A stretch of DNA of 64,000 nt from Actinomycetota bacterium (GTDB taxonomy: Bacteria > Actinomycetota > Thermoleophilia > Gaiellales > F1-60-MAGs149): contig VGBM01000001.1 of NCBI GenBank assembly GCA_016870485.1, forward strand, positions 97,786 to 161,785, in the 5' to 3' direction. The notes under the pieces were generated by a model, which saw nothing but the letters and a program-made list of their open reading frames with translations, was not told the DNA's origin and did no database searches. The translations under genes were made by a program, and so were the position numbers. This document shows, in pieces, positions 1-9,868 of the stretch. Each line of letters opens with the position of its first letter. Position 1 is the first letter of the stretch.

Positions 1-331
1 CCTTGCCGCCGGGGATGACGACCACGCAGCGGATCCCGGCGCGCGCGCTGTAGGCCGCCGCCGAGGCCGAGGTGTTGCCCGTCGAGGCGCAGATCACGGC
101 CTTGGCGCCGTCCTGTGCGGCCTTCGACAGGGCCACGGTCATCCCGCGGTCCTTGAAGGAGCCCGTCGGGTTCATGCCCTCGTACTTGAGCCACAGGTCG
201 ACGCCGAGCCGCGCGCCGAGCCGCGGGGCGCGCAGGAGCGGCGTCGAGCCCTCGCCGAGGGTGACCACCGGGGTCTCGTCGTCGACGGGGAGCCAGGCGC
301 GGTAGCGCTCGATCAGCCCCGCGCTGCGCAT
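1..331 (-). CDS. thrC: threonine synthase, N-terminal part (gene continues past the left edge)
   Basis: Not in the ORF track because it runs off the edge. Reverse-strand translation from ATG 331-329 reads [33 protein letters not shown]...[26 protein letters not shown]...[40 protein letters not shown] is the PLP-lysine motif of threonine synthase. Confidence 0.85.
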   Translation of the reverse strand, partial: MRSAGLIERYRAWLPVDDETPVVTLGEGSTPLLRAPRLGARLGVDLWLKYEGMNPTGSFKDRGMTVALSKAAQDGAKAVICASTGNTSASAAAYSARAGIRCVVVIPGGK

Positions 332-341
332 CGAGGTCGAC

Positions 342-1667
342 ATGACTCCGAAACGGTACCCGACCGCTAGGCTGCCGAATCCAATGGCCGCGGACCCCAT
401 CGGCATCGGACTGCTCGGCTGCGGCACCGTCGGCTCCGCCGTCAACCGCCTGCTCGCCGCCCGACGCGACGACGTCGCGCGCGTTCTCGGTGCCCCCGTC
501 GTGGTGCGCCGGGCCCTGGTCCGCGACGTCACGCGCCCCCGCGGCGAGGGCGTCCGCGATGGGATCCTGACCGACGATTTCGCCGCGATCCGCGACGACC
601 CGGCGATCGCCGTGGTGGCCGAGGTGATGGGTGGCGTCGAGCCGACCCGCACCTGGATGCTCGAGCTCTTCGCCGCCGGCAAGTCGGTCGTCACCGCCAA
701 CAAGCAGCTGCTCGCCCGCCACGGCGCAGAGCTCTTCGCCGCCGCGGAGGAGCACGGCGTCCAGCTGCGCTTCGAGGCCTCCGTCTGCGCCGCCATCCCG
801 GTGGTCAAGGTGCTGCGCGAGTCGATGGTGGCCAGCGAGGTCAACGCGGTGCTCGGCATCGTCAACGGCACGACCAACTACATGCTCACCGCCATGGCGG
901 CGGGCGCCGACTACGCCGACGTGCTCGTCGAGGCCCAGCGGCTCGGCTACGCGGAGGCCGACCCGACCGAGGACGTGACGGGCGCAGACGCCGCCGCCAA
1001 GATCGCCATCCTCGCCTCGATCGCCTTCCACACTCGGGTCACCATCGACGACGTCCCCCACGAGGGCATCGACCGCCTCGACTCCCTCGACGTCGCCTTC
1101 GCGGACGACCTCGGCTACAGCGTCAAGCTGATCGGCCAGGCCCGCCGCGTCGAGCAGGGCGTCGTGGTCGGGGTCGCCCCCACCCTCGTCCCCCGCGCGC
1201 ACGGCCTCAGCGCCGTCAACGGCTCCTTCAACGCCGTCATGCTGCGCGGCGACGCGATCCGCGAGGTCACCCTCGTCGGTCCCGGCGCCGGCGGCGACGA
1301 GACCGCGAGCGCCGTGATCGGCGACCTGATGGGCGTGCTCGGCACCTCCGGCACGGGCTTCCCCCGCGGGGACGGCCTCTTCCGCGACCTGCCGCTGGTG
1401 GCTCCCGACGACGCCGTGTCGGCTCTCTACCTGCGCCTCGACGTCAAGGACGAGCCGGGCGTCCTCGCCCGCATCGCCTCCGTCCTCGCCGACGAGCGCG
1501 TATCGATCGACAGCGTGGTCCAGCGCGCCGAGAACGGCCGCGCGCAGCTCGTGATCGTGACGCACCCGGCCGCGGAGGGCTCGGCCCGTCGCGCCATCGC
1601 CACGATCGCTGACCTCGACATCTGCGCCGGCGACCCGGTCGTCCTGCGCGTGCTCGCGGACGGTTAG
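342..1667 (+). CDS. hom: homoserine dehydrogenase
   Basis: 441-aa ORF with an NAD-binding [12 protein letters not shown] motif, a catalytic region ([20 protein letters not shown]) and a C-terminal ACT-like domain ([31 protein letters not shown]). Alternative start ATG 384 ([12 protein letters not shown]) is equally plausible. Confidence 0.9.
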   Translation: MTPKRYPTARLPNPMAADPIGIGLLGCGTVGSAVNRLLAARRDDVARVLGAPVVVRRALVRDVTRPRGEGVRDGILTDDFAAIRDDPAIAVVAEVMGGVEPTRTWMLELFAAGKSVVTANKQLLARHGAELFAAAEEHGVQLRFEASVCAAIPVVKVLRESMVASEVNAVLGIVNGTTNYMLTAMAAGADYADVLVEAQRLGYAEADPTEDVTGADAAAKIAILASIAFHTRVTIDDVPHEGIDRLDSLDVAFADDLGYSVKLIGQARRVEQGVVVGVAPTLVPRAHGLSAVNGSFNAVMLRGDAIREVTLVGPGAGGDETASAVIGDLMGVLGTSGTGFPRGDGLFRDLPLVAPDDAVSALYLRLDVKDEPGVLARIASVLADERVSIDSVVQRAENGRAQLVIVTHPAAEGSARRAIATIADLDICAGDPVVLRVLADG

Positions 1668-1670
1668 GAT
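1665..1670 (+). promoter_or_regulatory. -10-like hexamer TAGGAT, 7 nt before ATG 1678 (leaderless-type promoter of the SDR gene)
   Basis: TAGGAT-cgtcggc-ATG with no Shine-Dalgarno in between. The hexamer overlaps the hom stop codon. Confidence 0.4.
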
Positions 1671-1677
1671 CGTCGGC

Positions 1678-2391
1678 ATGGACCGCCTCGCCGGCAAGCG
1701 TGCGCTCGTGACCGGTGGCGCCTCGGGGATCGGCGCCGGCATCGCCGGACGCTTCCGTGAGGAGGGCGCCGAGGTCGTGGTCCTCGACCTGCAGGGCGGC
1801 GACCTCGACTGCGACATCCGGCACGGCGCCGCCGTCGCCAGCGCGGTCGGGGATGCCGTCGCGCGCCTCGGCCGCCTCGACCTCCTCGTCCTCAACGCCG
1901 CACGCCCGTGCGTCGGCACCCTCTGGGAACTCGACGACGTCACCTGGGACGACGCCGTGGCCGTCAACCTCACCAGCGTGCACCGCTTCGTGCGCGCCGC
2001 CTGGCCGCACCTGACCGCCGTACGGGGGACGATCCTCCTGACCGGCTCCGTCGTCGGCCTCGACGGCTCCGGCAACCAGGCCGCCTACTGCGCCACCAAG
2101 GCCGGCGTCGTGATGCTGACCAAGTGCCTCGCCATCGACGGCGCTCCCCACGGGGTGCGCGCGAACTGCGTCTGCCCCGGCTTCACGGAGACCCCCATGC
2201 TCGAGCGCTTCCTCGCCGAGCAGGAGGATCCCGACGCCGTGCGCGCCTACGCGACGGGCCTGCACCCCGCGGGCCGCCTCGGCACGCCGCGCGACGTCGC
2301 AGACGCCTTCGTCTACCTGGCCAGCGACGAGGCGGCGTGGGTCACCGGGGTCGCCCTGCCGGTCGACGGCGGCCTCCTCGCCGGGATCTAA
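1678..2391 (+). CDS. SDR-family oxidoreductase
   Basis: 237-aa ORF with the TGGASGIG dinucleotide-binding motif and catalytic YCATKAG (YxxxK). Confidence 0.85.
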   Translation: MDRLAGKRALVTGGASGIGAGIAGRFREEGAEVVVLDLQGGDLDCDIRHGAAVASAVGDAVARLGRLDLLVLNAARPCVGTLWELDDVTWDDAVAVNLTSVHRFVRAAWPHLTAVRGTILLTGSVVGLDGSGNQAAYCATKAGVVMLTKCLAIDGAPHGVRANCVCPGFTETPMLERFLAEQEDPDAVRAYATGLHPAGRLGTPRDVADAFVYLASDEAAWVTGVALPVDGGLLAGI

Positions 2392-2413
2392 CGTCCACTG
2401 AGACGCGAACGAC

Positions 2414-2437
2414 CCCGCCGGCCGGAGCCGACGGGGC
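2414..2437. terminator. GC-rich hairpin between convergent genes (bidirectional terminator candidate)
   Basis: ccccgccggc-cgga-gccgacgggg, 9 of 10 stem pairs. It lies between the SDR stop (2391) and the hppA stop (2453). No T-tract. Confidence 0.5.
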
Positions 2438-2452
2438 CGCGCGACGCAGGTC

Positions 2453-4564
2453 CTAGATGAGCGCGATCAGCGCCGGGATCAGGAGGATCGCGACGATGTT
2501 CGCGATCTTGATCATCGGGTTGATGGCCGGGCCGGCGGTGTCCTTGTAGGGATCGCCGACGGTGTCGCCCGTGACGGCGGCCTGGTGGGCGATCGAGCCC
2601 TTGCCGCCGAACGCGCCGTCCTCGATCAGCTTCTTGGCGTTGTCCCACGCGCCACCGCCCGAGGTCATCGAGATGGCCAGGAAGAGGCCGGTCACGATGG
2701 TGCCGAGCAGGAGGCCGCCGAGCATCTGCAGGGCGGAGTCGGTGAAGACCACGATCAGGCCCACGAGGATCGGGATCACGACCGGGATCGCGGCCGGGAC
2801 CAGCATCTCGCGGAGCGCGGTGCGCGTCACGATGTCGACGCAGGTGCCGTACTCCGGCCGGTCCGTGCCGTCCATGATGCCCGGCTTCTCGCGGAACTGC
2901 CGCCGAACCTCCTCGACGACCGCCTTGCCGGCCTTGCCGACGGCGCTCATGCAGAAGGAGGCGAACACGAACGGCATCGCGCCGCCGATCAGGAGGCCGA
3001 CGACGACCCACGGGTCGGACAGGTCGAACGCGATGTTCGTGAGCTCGAGCTTGCCCGCCTCCTCGAGCTTGATTTTCAGCTCGTCGCGGTACGAGGCGAA
3101 CAGGATCACCGCGGCGAGGCCGGCGGAGCCGATCGCGTAGCCCTTGGTGACCGCCTTGGTCGTGTTGCCGACCGCGTCGAGCGGGTCGGTGACCTTGCTG
3201 CGGACCTCCTCGGGGAGGCCCGCCATCTCGGCGATGCCGCCGGCGTTGTCGGTAACGGGGCCGAACGCGTCGAGCGCGATGATCACGCCCGCCATGGAGA
3301 GCATCGCCACGACGGCGATCGCGATGCCGACGAGGCCCGCGAGGGCGTTGGCGATCAGGATGCCGCCGCCGATCACGATCACGGGCAGCGCCGTGGCCTG
3401 CATCGAGTAGCCGAGGCCGCTGATGATGTTCGTGGCGTGGCCGGTGGTCGAGGCCTCCGCGACGTCCTTGACGGGCCGCCAGCGGGTGCCGGTGTAGTAC
3501 TCGGTGATCGCCATCAGGAGCGCCGTGATGACGAGGCCGACCATCGCGCAGATCACGATGTCCCACGTGCCGGCGCCCGAGAGGGCGTCCGTGTGCTGCT
3601 TGATGGCGTCGTCGAGGCCGAGGATCGCGGGGATGAAGAGGATCGCGGAGATCACCGCCGAGACGAGGACGCCGCGGTAGAGGGCGCCCATCACGCTGCC
3701 GCCCTCGCCGACGCGCACCACGAGGGTGCCGACGATGGAGGCGAGGCCCGACAGGCCGCCGAGGATCAGGGGCAGGCCGACGAGGGCCTCGGAGCCCGTG
3801 AACTGGCTGAGCAGGAGCATCGCGGCCACGATCGAGACCGCGTAGGTCTCGAACAGGTCGGCCGCCATGCCCGCGTCGTCGCCGACGTTGTCGCCGACGT
3901 TGTCGGCGATCACGGCCGGGTTGCGCGGGTCGTCCTCGGGGATGCCGGCCTCGATCTTGCCCACGAGGTCCGCGCCGACATCGGCGCCCTTCGTGAAGAT
4001 GCCGCCGCCCACGCGGGCGAAGACGGAGATCAGGGAGCCGCCGAAGCCGAGGCCGACGAGGCCGTAGATGGCCTCGCCCTGCGTGGCGCCGGTCTGGAGC
4101 AGGATGCCGTAGTAGCCGGCGACGCCGAGCAGGCCGAGGCCGACGACGAGGATGCCCGTGACGGTGCCGCCCTTGAAGGCGACGTCGAGCGCCGGGCCGA
4201 GGCCCGACTTGGCGGCCTCCGCGGTGCGCACGTTCGCGCGCACGGCGACGTTCATGCCGATGAAGCCGGCGGCCGCGGACAGGATCGCGCCGAGCAGGAA
4301 GCCGACGGCGACGCGCCAGCCCCCGAGGTCGGGGACGACCAGCAGGATGATCGCGAGGATCACGGCGACGATCGCGACGGTCCGATACTGGCGGCTGAGG
4401 TAGGCGGAGGCGCCCTCCTGGATGGCGGCGGCGATCTCGCGCATCCTGTCGTCGCCCTGGGGCTTGGACAGTACCCAGCGCGTCAGGATCAGCCCGTACA
4501 GGACGGTGATCGCGCCGCAGATCAGCGCGATCAGCACGGCATGCTCGGAGAAGAAGGTGGACAT
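2453..4564 (-). CDS. hppA: membrane-bound proton-translocating pyrophosphatase (K+-independent type)
   Basis: Long multi-TM ORF with H+-PPase motifs ([41 protein letters not shown]). [10 protein letters not shown] carries Lys where K+-dependent enzymes have Ala. I prefer start ATG 4564 (MSTFFSEH) with AAGGAG upstream; the track ORF extends to 4636. Confidence 0.93.
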   Translation of the reverse strand: MSTFFSEHAVLIALICGAITVLYGLILTRWVLSKPQGDDRMREIAAAIQEGASAYLSRQYRTVAIVAVILAIILLVVPDLGGWRVAVGFLLGAILSAAAGFIGMNVAVRANVRTAEAAKSGLGPALDVAFKGGTVTGILVVGLGLLGVAGYYGILLQTGATQGEAIYGLVGLGFGGSLISVFARVGGGIFTKGADVGADLVGKIEAGIPEDDPRNPAVIADNVGDNVGDDAGMAADLFETYAVSIVAAMLLLSQFTGSEALVGLPLILGGLSGLASIVGTLVVRVGEGGSVMGALYRGVLVSAVISAILFIPAILGLDDAIKQHTDALSGAGTWDIVICAMVGLVITALLMAITEYYTGTRWRPVKDVAEASTTGHATNIISGLGYSMQATALPVIVIGGGILIANALAGLVGIAIAVVAMLSMAGVIIALDAFGPVTDNAGGIAEMAGLPEEVRSKVTDPLDAVGNTTKAVTKGYAIGSAGLAAVILFASYRDELKIKLEEAGKLELTNIAFDLSDPWVVVGLLIGGAMPFVFASFCMSAVGKAGKAVVEEVRRQFREKPGIMDGTDRPEYGTCVDIVTRTALREMLVPAAIPVVIPILVGLIVVFTDSALQMLGGLLLGTIVTGLFLAISMTSGGGAWDNAKKLIEDGAFGGKGSIAHQAAVTGDTVGDPYKDTAGPAINPMIKIANIVAILLIPALIALI

Positions 4565-4725
4565 CTGGCTCGCTCGGCTCCTTGAAGTCGACTCGCCGTC
4601 GGCGGGGGACGGCCGCCGAACGGTAGCAATCCGCACCGTCCGCGCCCGCCGCTGGGCGACCGGAGGGGGTGTCCGGGAACGGGACGGCGACCCCGCCTAC
4701 GGAGCCGGGACCCGCCCCCGCGGCG

Positions 4726-6054
4726 TCATCCGCGGCGGGCGCGCGCGAGGTACGACGCCCGGCCGAACAGCTCGTCGAGCGAGACGGGCTGGAGTCCCTG
4801 CGCCCGCAGCCCCCGCACCATGCCCGGCACGGCTGCGGCCGTGTTGGCCTCGACGTGCAGCACGACGATGGAACCGGGCCGCGCCTTCGACACGACGCGG
4901 TCGACGAGGACCCCGACGGACGGCCTGAGGTAGTCGGACGGGTCGACGTCCCAGAGCACGGTCCAGGCCATGCCCTCCGCCCCGGCCGAGGCGCGCACGC
5001 CCGCATCGACGTCGCCGTACGGCGGCCGGAAGAACGGCCCGGGCGACGCCTTGGCCACGCTCCACCAGATCTCGCGATCACCCCGGATCTGGCTGCGCTG
5101 CTCGCCGGCGTCCTTCTGCGTCATCCAGGGGTGCGACCACGTGTGCGAGCCGATCGTGTGGCCGTCCGCGACGGTGCGCCGCGCGGCCTGGGGGTTGGAG
5201 CGCACGTTGACGCCGTTGCAGAAGAAGGTGGCCTTGACCCGCGCCCTGCGCAGTGCGGCGAGCAGCTGCAGCCACGGCCCGGTGTCGAGGCAGTCATCGA
5301 ACGTCAGCGCGACCTTCGCGCCCGCCTCGGGCAGGCGGTAGATCTGGGTGCTCGTCACGGCGCGCTCGACGCGCAGGAGGTGGGCCTCGCCCTGCCCGCG
5401 CCGGCCCACCGCGTCGTCGGCGGCGACCCGCAGCCGGTAGGCCCCGGGCAGGAGCAGGCGGCCCTTGACGCGCAGGTTCCAGGCGAGTTCGGAGGCGCCG
5501 TCCACGGGCGCCGGCATCTTCACCGTCCCGATCTCGACGCCGAGCTGGCTCTCGACCACGAGCCGCATGGCGGTGGCCCCGGACAGGTCCGTCGCCGTGG
5601 CCCGCACGCGGACCGGCCCGCGGGCCGTCACGGACGGGGCCGGGGCGGGCACCGTCACCACCGGATCGGCGCCATCCCGGGTCACGGGCGTGAGCGACTC
5701 CTGGACCGCACCCGCGGCATCCGTGAGCCGCGCCCGCACCGCGTAGTGCCCGTCCGGGACGCCAGCGCCGTCCCACGTCAGAGTCTGCGTCTGTCCGGCC
5801 GTGACCGCCGTCGGCGCGAGCAGCGCCCTGACGACGATGCCGCCCGCGGTGACGACGTCGACCTGGAGCGTGCCGGCGGCCTGCGCGGTGACGGTGACCG
5901 TGGCGCGGTTCGCCTGCGGGGTCGCGGCGGGGTCGAACGCGGCCGGCACCACCTGGGCGCCCACCGACGCGCTGGTGACGGGCGCGATCGGCGCCGGCGC
6001 GGCCGGGGCGGCGAAGAGGGTCAGTCCGGCGGCGACGGCGGCGAGCGCGGGCAT
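4726..6054 (-). CDS. secreted polysaccharide deacetylase (NodB domain) with two N-terminal Ig-like (FlgD-Ig-type) modules
   Basis: C-terminal NodB motifs VALTFDD and GSHTWSHP. The N-terminus MPALAAVAAGLTLFAAPAAPA looks like a signal peptide. Two repeats resemble ...TLTWDGAGVPDGHYAVRARLTD.... The start is taken at ATG 6054, because the track ORF (to 6654) overlaps mtnP. Confidence 0.8.
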   Translation of the reverse strand: MPALAAVAAGLTLFAAPAAPAPIAPVTSASVGAQVVPAAFDPAATPQANRATVTVTAQAAGTLQVDVVTAGGIVVRALLAPTAVTAGQTQTLTWDGAGVPDGHYAVRARLTDAAGAVQESLTPVTRDGADPVVTVPAPAPSVTARGPVRVRATATDLSGATAMRLVVESQLGVEIGTVKMPAPVDGASELAWNLRVKGRLLLPGAYRLRVAADDAVGRRGQGEAHLLRVERAVTSTQIYRLPEAGAKVALTFDDCLDTGPWLQLLAALRRARVKATFFCNGVNVRSNPQAARRTVADGHTIGSHTWSHPWMTQKDAGEQRSQIRGDREIWWSVAKASPGPFFRPPYGDVDAGVRASAGAEGMAWTVLWDVDPSDYLRPSVGVLVDRVVSKARPGSIVVLHVEANTAAAVPGMVRGLRAQGLQPVSLDELFGRASYLARARRG

Positions 6055-6065
6055 GGATTCCGCCC

Positions 6066-6866
6066 CTAGAGCCGGGCTCCTGCCAGCGCGGACCGGCACG
6101 GGTCGTCCGCGGGGCGCACGGAGAGCGACCCGATCGCGTGCACGAGGAGGTCGCGCAGGATGTCGAGGTTGGCGGCGAACGCGGTCAGCACGTCGTCGGC
6201 GGTGACGGCCTGCCCCGCGTCGAGGTCGACCCCCGTGTCGTAGTCGGTGATCAGGGCGATCGACGCGTAGCAGAGCTCCAGCTCGCGGGCGAGCGCGGCC
6301 TCGGGGTAGCCGGTCATGTTGATCACCTGCCAGCCCATCTGGCGGTACCAGCGCGACTCCGCACGCGTGGAGAAGCGCGGACCCTCCACCACCACCATCG
6401 TGCCGCCGTCGCGCACGTCGGCCCCCACGCGGCGTCCGGCCTCGAGCAGGGCGTCGCGCAGGTGCGGGCAGTACGGATCCGCGGTCGAGACGTGCGTCGC
6501 GCCGGGCCCGTCGTAGAACGTGGGGACGCGGCCGGACGTGCGGTCGACGAACTGGTCGACGACGCAGAACGCGCCCGGCGGCAGCCCCGGGTCGAGCGAG
6601 CCGGCGGCGCACGGCGCGAGGATGCGCTCCACCCCGAGCTCGCGCATCGCCCACAGGTTCGCCCGGTAGGGGATCCGGTGGGGCGGCAGCGCGTGGTCAC
6701 GGCCGTGCCGCGGCAGGAACGCCACGGGCTGCCCCTCGACGTCCGCGATCCGGATCGCATCCGAGGGGTCCCCGTACGGGGTCTCGACCCGGACCTCCTC
6801 GGCCCCCTCCAGGAAGCGGCCGAAGCCCGAGCCGCCGAACACGCCGATCGTGGCGCGTCCGCTCAC
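6066..6866 (-). CDS. mtnP: S-methyl-5'-thioadenosine phosphorylase
   Basis: 266-aa ORF: IGVFGGSGF...VETPYGDPSD...AFLPRHGRDHALPPHRIPYRANLWAMRELGVERILAPCAAGSL. GTG start overlaps the upstream stop (GTGA). Confidence 0.88.
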   Translation of the reverse strand: MSGRATIGVFGGSGFGRFLEGAEEVRVETPYGDPSDAIRIADVEGQPVAFLPRHGRDHALPPHRIPYRANLWAMRELGVERILAPCAAGSLDPGLPPGAFCVVDQFVDRTSGRVPTFYDGPGATHVSTADPYCPHLRDALLEAGRRVGADVRDGGTMVVVEGPRFSTRAESRWYRQMGWQVINMTGYPEAALARELELCYASIALITDYDTGVDLDAGQAVTADDVLTAFAANLDILRDLLVHAIGSLSVRPADDPCRSALAGARL

Positions 6867-7348
6867 ACCTCGCCGCCCGGCGTCCAGATTTTCGGCCGCG
6901 GCACGTCGGTGCGCGGCGGCGCGGCGGGTGGGGGCTCGGCGGCCGGGGACGCCCCGGCGGCGGGCGGCGGTCCGGGCTCGCCCGTGGCGCCCATGGCCTC
7001 ATCGGAGAGCCGCACGGCCTCCGCGAACGCGAGCTTGAGGTCGGCGAGGGCGCGGCGCAGCTCCTCGACCTGGGGCGGCAGGGGCGCGCCCTCGGGGAAG
7101 GCCGCCGCGAGCGTCTCGATCAGGGCGTCGGCCGAGGAGATCGCGAGGCTGGCCTGCACGGCGTCGCCGCCGTTGACCATCCCGGGGATCATCCCGAGCT
7201 GGCCGGCGCCGATCGACAGCAGTTCGGAGGCCACCTGCAGGATCAGGCCCTCGACGCGCACCTGCGCGAGGTCGAGCTCCTGGGGCAGCTCCCCGCCCGC
7301 GGCGGGGTCGGCCGCGGGGGCCGGGTCGTTGAGCGGCTCATCGGCCAT
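6863..7348 (-). CDS. small acidic protein, DUF1844-like
   Basis: Starts at ATG 7348 (MADEPLNDP...) inside the longer track ORF 6863-7906. It overlaps the ybdK-like stop by 11 nt and the mtnP start by 4 nt. The core LILQVASELLSIGAGQLGM...LRRALADLKLAFAEAV resembles DUF1844 from memory. Confidence 0.6.
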   Translation of the reverse strand: MADEPLNDPAPAADPAAGGELPQELDLAQVRVEGLILQVASELLSIGAGQLGMIPGMVNGGDAVQASLAISSADALIETLAAAFPEGAPLPPQVEELRRALADLKLAFAEAVRLSDEAMGATGEPGPPPAAGASPAAEPPPAAPPRTDVPRPKIWTPGGEV

Positions 7349-8534
7349 CGAGCACCTCCTGGAGGCGCCGGGCGGACGCCATCGTGATCTCGACCTGCTC
7401 GGCGTGGATCGCCGACATGTCCTCTCCCGCCTCGACGCGGGCCTTCCAGCGCGAGGCGTGGTCCCCATTCTGCAGCAGATCCCCGAGGGGCTCGAGCCAC
7501 GGCGCCAGGCCGAGCGCATCGACCTCGGGCGCGCAGGCCTCGAGCAGCGCGCGGGCGTGGTCGGCGGCGCTGACCACCCGCCGGTGCACGAGGTCGATCT
7601 GGCCGCGATCCGTCCCCCAGCGCAGCGCGCGCCAGAGGTTCTCCTCGATGTCGCTCGGACGGTCGGGCGGGGGCAGCTCGCCGGCGTCGTAGAGCCGCGC
7701 GGCGCGGGCCGCCAGCGCGGTCTGGAACGCGGCGAGGGCGATCGACTGGCCGATGTCGGGCAGCGCGTCGCAGGCGCGCACCTCGACGGTGCCGAACGAC
7801 TGGTGCGGGCGGACGGTCCACCAGATCTCGGTGTGCTCGCGGATCGACTCCGTCTCGAGCAGGAAGCGCACGTAGCGGTCGTAGTCGGCCCAGTCGGCGA
7901 AGACATCGGGCACGCCGCAGCGCGGGAACATGCGCGTGAAGATCTGCGTGCGCGTCGAGCGCAGGTGGGTGATGCGGCCCTCGAGCCACGGCGACGAGCA
8001 GGACAGCGCGAGCAGGATCGGCACGTGACTGCGCAGGTGGTTGGCCACCGCCATCGCGCGGTCGGCGCCGTGGATGCCGACGTGGACGTGCATCCCGAAC
8101 GTGTTGTTGCGCCACGCGATGTAGCGCAGCGTGCCCTCCACGATCCGGTAGTGCGGGGTGTCGATGATCCGCTGCTCGGTCCACGGCGAGGTCGGGTGGG
8201 TGCCGGTGGCGCCGACCGCCACGCCGAGCCGCTCGGCCTCCGCCACCAGCGCGACCCGGCGGTCGACGAGCATCCGCGCCGCCTCGTCGAAGGTGGCGCC
8301 GCGCCCCGTCTTGACCTCGATCTCGGAGGCGATCAGCTCGCCGGCCACGTTCCCGTGGAGCGGGCCCGCCTCGCAGGCGTCGCGGAGCTCCTCGAAGCGG
8401 TTCGTCATCCGCAGGGAGTCGCGATCGAGAATCTGGAACTCCTCCTCGATCCCGATCGTGAAGTCGGTCGCCCCCGCGAAGTGCGCACGCGCGGCGTCGA
8501 GCGCCGCATAGGAGTCCTCGACCGACGCGCCCAT
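7338..8534 (-). CDS. carboxylate-amine ligase, YbdK / glutamate-cysteine ligase family 2
   Basis: FTIGIEEEFQILD..., ELIASEIEVKTG, FGMHVHVG and WWTVRPH motifs. Start taken at ATG 8534 (MGASVEDSY); the track ORF extends to 8795 with a non-protein-like N-terminus. Confidence 0.85.
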   Translation of the reverse strand: MGASVEDSYAALDAARAHFAGATDFTIGIEEEFQILDRDSLRMTNRFEELRDACEAGPLHGNVAGELIASEIEVKTGRGATFDEAARMLVDRRVALVAEAERLGVAVGATGTHPTSPWTEQRIIDTPHYRIVEGTLRYIAWRNNTFGMHVHVGIHGADRAMAVANHLRSHVPILLALSCSSPWLEGRITHLRSTRTQIFTRMFPRCGVPDVFADWADYDRYVRFLLETESIREHTEIWWTVRPHQSFGTVEVRACDALPDIGQSIALAAFQTALAARAARLYDAGELPPPDRPSDIEENLWRALRWGTDRGQIDLVHRRVVSAADHARALLEACAPEVDALGLAPWLEPLGDLLQNGDHASRWKARVEAGEDMSAIHAEQVEITMASARRLQEVLDGR

Positions 8535-8584
8535 CGTCGGGCAAGGGTACCAGCGGCCGCGCGGCGCCCTCTCCGCATGGGCGC

Positions 8585-8590
8585 TACCCT
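8585..8590 (+). promoter_or_regulatory. -10-like hexamer TACCCT, 7 nt before GTG 8598
   Basis: TACCCT-tccgcgc-GTG. A mirrored TACCCT (fwd aagggta at 8545-8551) faces the divergent ybdK-like gene with a 9-nt spacer. Confidence 0.4.
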
Positions 8591-8597
8591 TCCGCGC

Positions 8598-9164
8598 GTG
8601 GACGACCACGACGAGACCGCGATTCACCCCGCGGAGGTCACGCTGCTCGACTACGTCGTCGGCGATCTGGAGCAGGAGCGCTCGAGCGAGATCCGCCGCC
8701 ACGTCGCCGGCTGCTCCGAATGCCGCGACCGGATCGTGCAGCTGTCCCTCGTGATGGACGAGCTCGATCGCCTGCCGAGCGTCGGCAACCCCCACGACGT
8801 GCTTGGCGCGGCACGCCCGCCCGCGCGGCGCACGGGCCGCCTCGTGCCGGCCCTGCTCCTGGTCGCCGCGGCGCTCGGCGTGGTCGCCCTCTTCGAGGTC
8901 GGCGGGCCGCAGCCCTCCGAGCCGCGCTCCGCAGGTAGCCGGGTCGTCCTCGAGACCGCGAGCGAGCAGCCCGAGCTGGTCGTCGCGGAGCTGCTCGGCG
9001 GCTTACCCCACGACATCGTCGTGGACCGAGACGACGAGCGCCGGATCGTCGTGCTCGTCCCGGCCGGCGACGTCGCCGTGGCGACGGACCGGCTCAGCGG
9101 CACGTCCTCGCCAGACGGCCGCGCCTACATCGTCGACATCGCCGCGACGCCTGCCGCGCCGTAG
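8598..9164 (+). CDS. anti-sigma factor (zf-HC2 type) with one transmembrane helix
   Basis: HVAGCSEC matches the Hx3Cx2C zinc motif. It is followed by a TM segment LVPALLLVAAALGVVALF and an extracytoplasmic domain. This is the C-terminal part of track ORF 6138-9164. Start is GTG 8598 (leaderless signature) or ATG 8577. Confidence 0.7.
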   Translation: MDDHDETAIHPAEVTLLDYVVGDLEQERSSEIRRHVAGCSECRDRIVQLSLVMDELDRLPSVGNPHDVLGAARPPARRTGRLVPALLLVAAALGVVALFEVGGPQPSEPRSAGSRVVLETASEQPELVVAELLGGLPHDIVVDRDDERRIVVLVPAGDVAVATDRLSGTSSPDGRAYIVDIAATPAAP

Positions 9165-9176
9165 GTTTGCCCCGCC

Positions 9177-9833
9177 TCAGGCGAGGTGGAAGTAGAGCGC
9201 GTAGAGCAGCTCGACCGCGGGGCTCGTCGTGTGCACCGTCACGTCCGGCGGCACGTCGATCAGCGCGCCCGAGTAGTTGAAGACAATGCGTACGCCAGCG
9301 CGCACGAGCTGGTCGGCAACGTCCTGGGCGGCCTCCGCCGGGACGGCGACGACGCCGACGATGATCTGCTCCTCTTCGACGATCCGCGGCAGCTCGTCGG
9401 GGTCGCGGACCACGAGCGGCCCGCAGGCGCTCCCGACCTTGGCCGGATCGGCGTCGGCGATGGCCGTGATCGAGAAGCCGTGGTCGGCGAAGACGTCGGC
9501 CTCGGCGATCGCCTGGCCGAGCCGACCCGCGCCGACCAGCACGATGTTGTGCTGTCCGGCGGTGCGCAGAATCTGCCTGATCTCGCCGATCAGGGCGTCG
9601 ACGCTATAGCCGACGCCACGCTTGCCGAACGTGCCGAACCCGGACAGGTCACGGCGGATCTGCGTCGCGTTCACGTGCGTGTACTCGCTGATCTCATGCG
9701 AGGTGATGTGGCTGCGGCCGGCCTTCTTGGCCTGGGTCAGCACTTGGAGGTAGTGCGCGAGGCGAGCGGCGATGCCGCCGCCGAGGCGCTCCGTCGCGGG
9801 TGTTGGAACCGGGTCGTCCACTGTCACGACCAT
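9177..9833 (-). CDS. rex: redox-sensing transcriptional repressor Rex
   Basis: RLAHYLQVL...ITSHEISEYTHVNATQIRRDLSGFGTFGKRGVGYSV followed by the Rossmann motif NIVLVGAGRLGQA. Start taken at ATG 9833. Confidence 0.9.
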   Translation of the reverse strand: MVVTVDDPVPTPATERLGGGIAARLAHYLQVLTQAKKAGRSHITSHEISEYTHVNATQIRRDLSGFGTFGKRGVGYSVDALIGEIRQILRTAGQHNIVLVGAGRLGQAIAEADVFADHGFSITAIADADPAKVGSACGPLVVRDPDELPRIVEEEQIIVGVVAVPAEAAQDVADQLVRAGVRIVFNYSGALIDVPPDVTVHTTSPAVELLYALYFHLA

Positions 9834-9868
9834 CGTACAAACTCTCGGAACGCGCGGAGGCGACTCGG

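Noticed and set aside
342-384. 14-codon N-terminal extension of hom, and a 10-bp divergent spacer to thrC, as an unusual shared control region.
   Set aside because: The extension depends on an ambiguous start choice (ATG 342 versus ATG 384). Neither start has a clear RBS or a -10 box at the usual distance, so nothing firm can be said.
2388-5081. Very long Arg/Pro/Gly/Ala-rich ORFs on the opposite strand or in off-frames of real genes (for example 2388-5081, 6138-9164 N-terminal part, 17131-20184, 21892-23709, 52748-56542, 56561-59563 N-terminal part).
   Set aside because: They are shadow ORFs typical of high-GC DNA. Their composition is not protein-like (runs of R, P, G, A). Each overlaps a gene with clear family motifs on the other strand or frame.
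9834-9868. Rex operator (TTGTGAA-N4-TTCACAA type) upstream of rex for autoregulation.
   Set aside because: Only a weak TTTGTACGATGGTCGTGACA stretch spans the start codon, and it is not a convincing palindrome.
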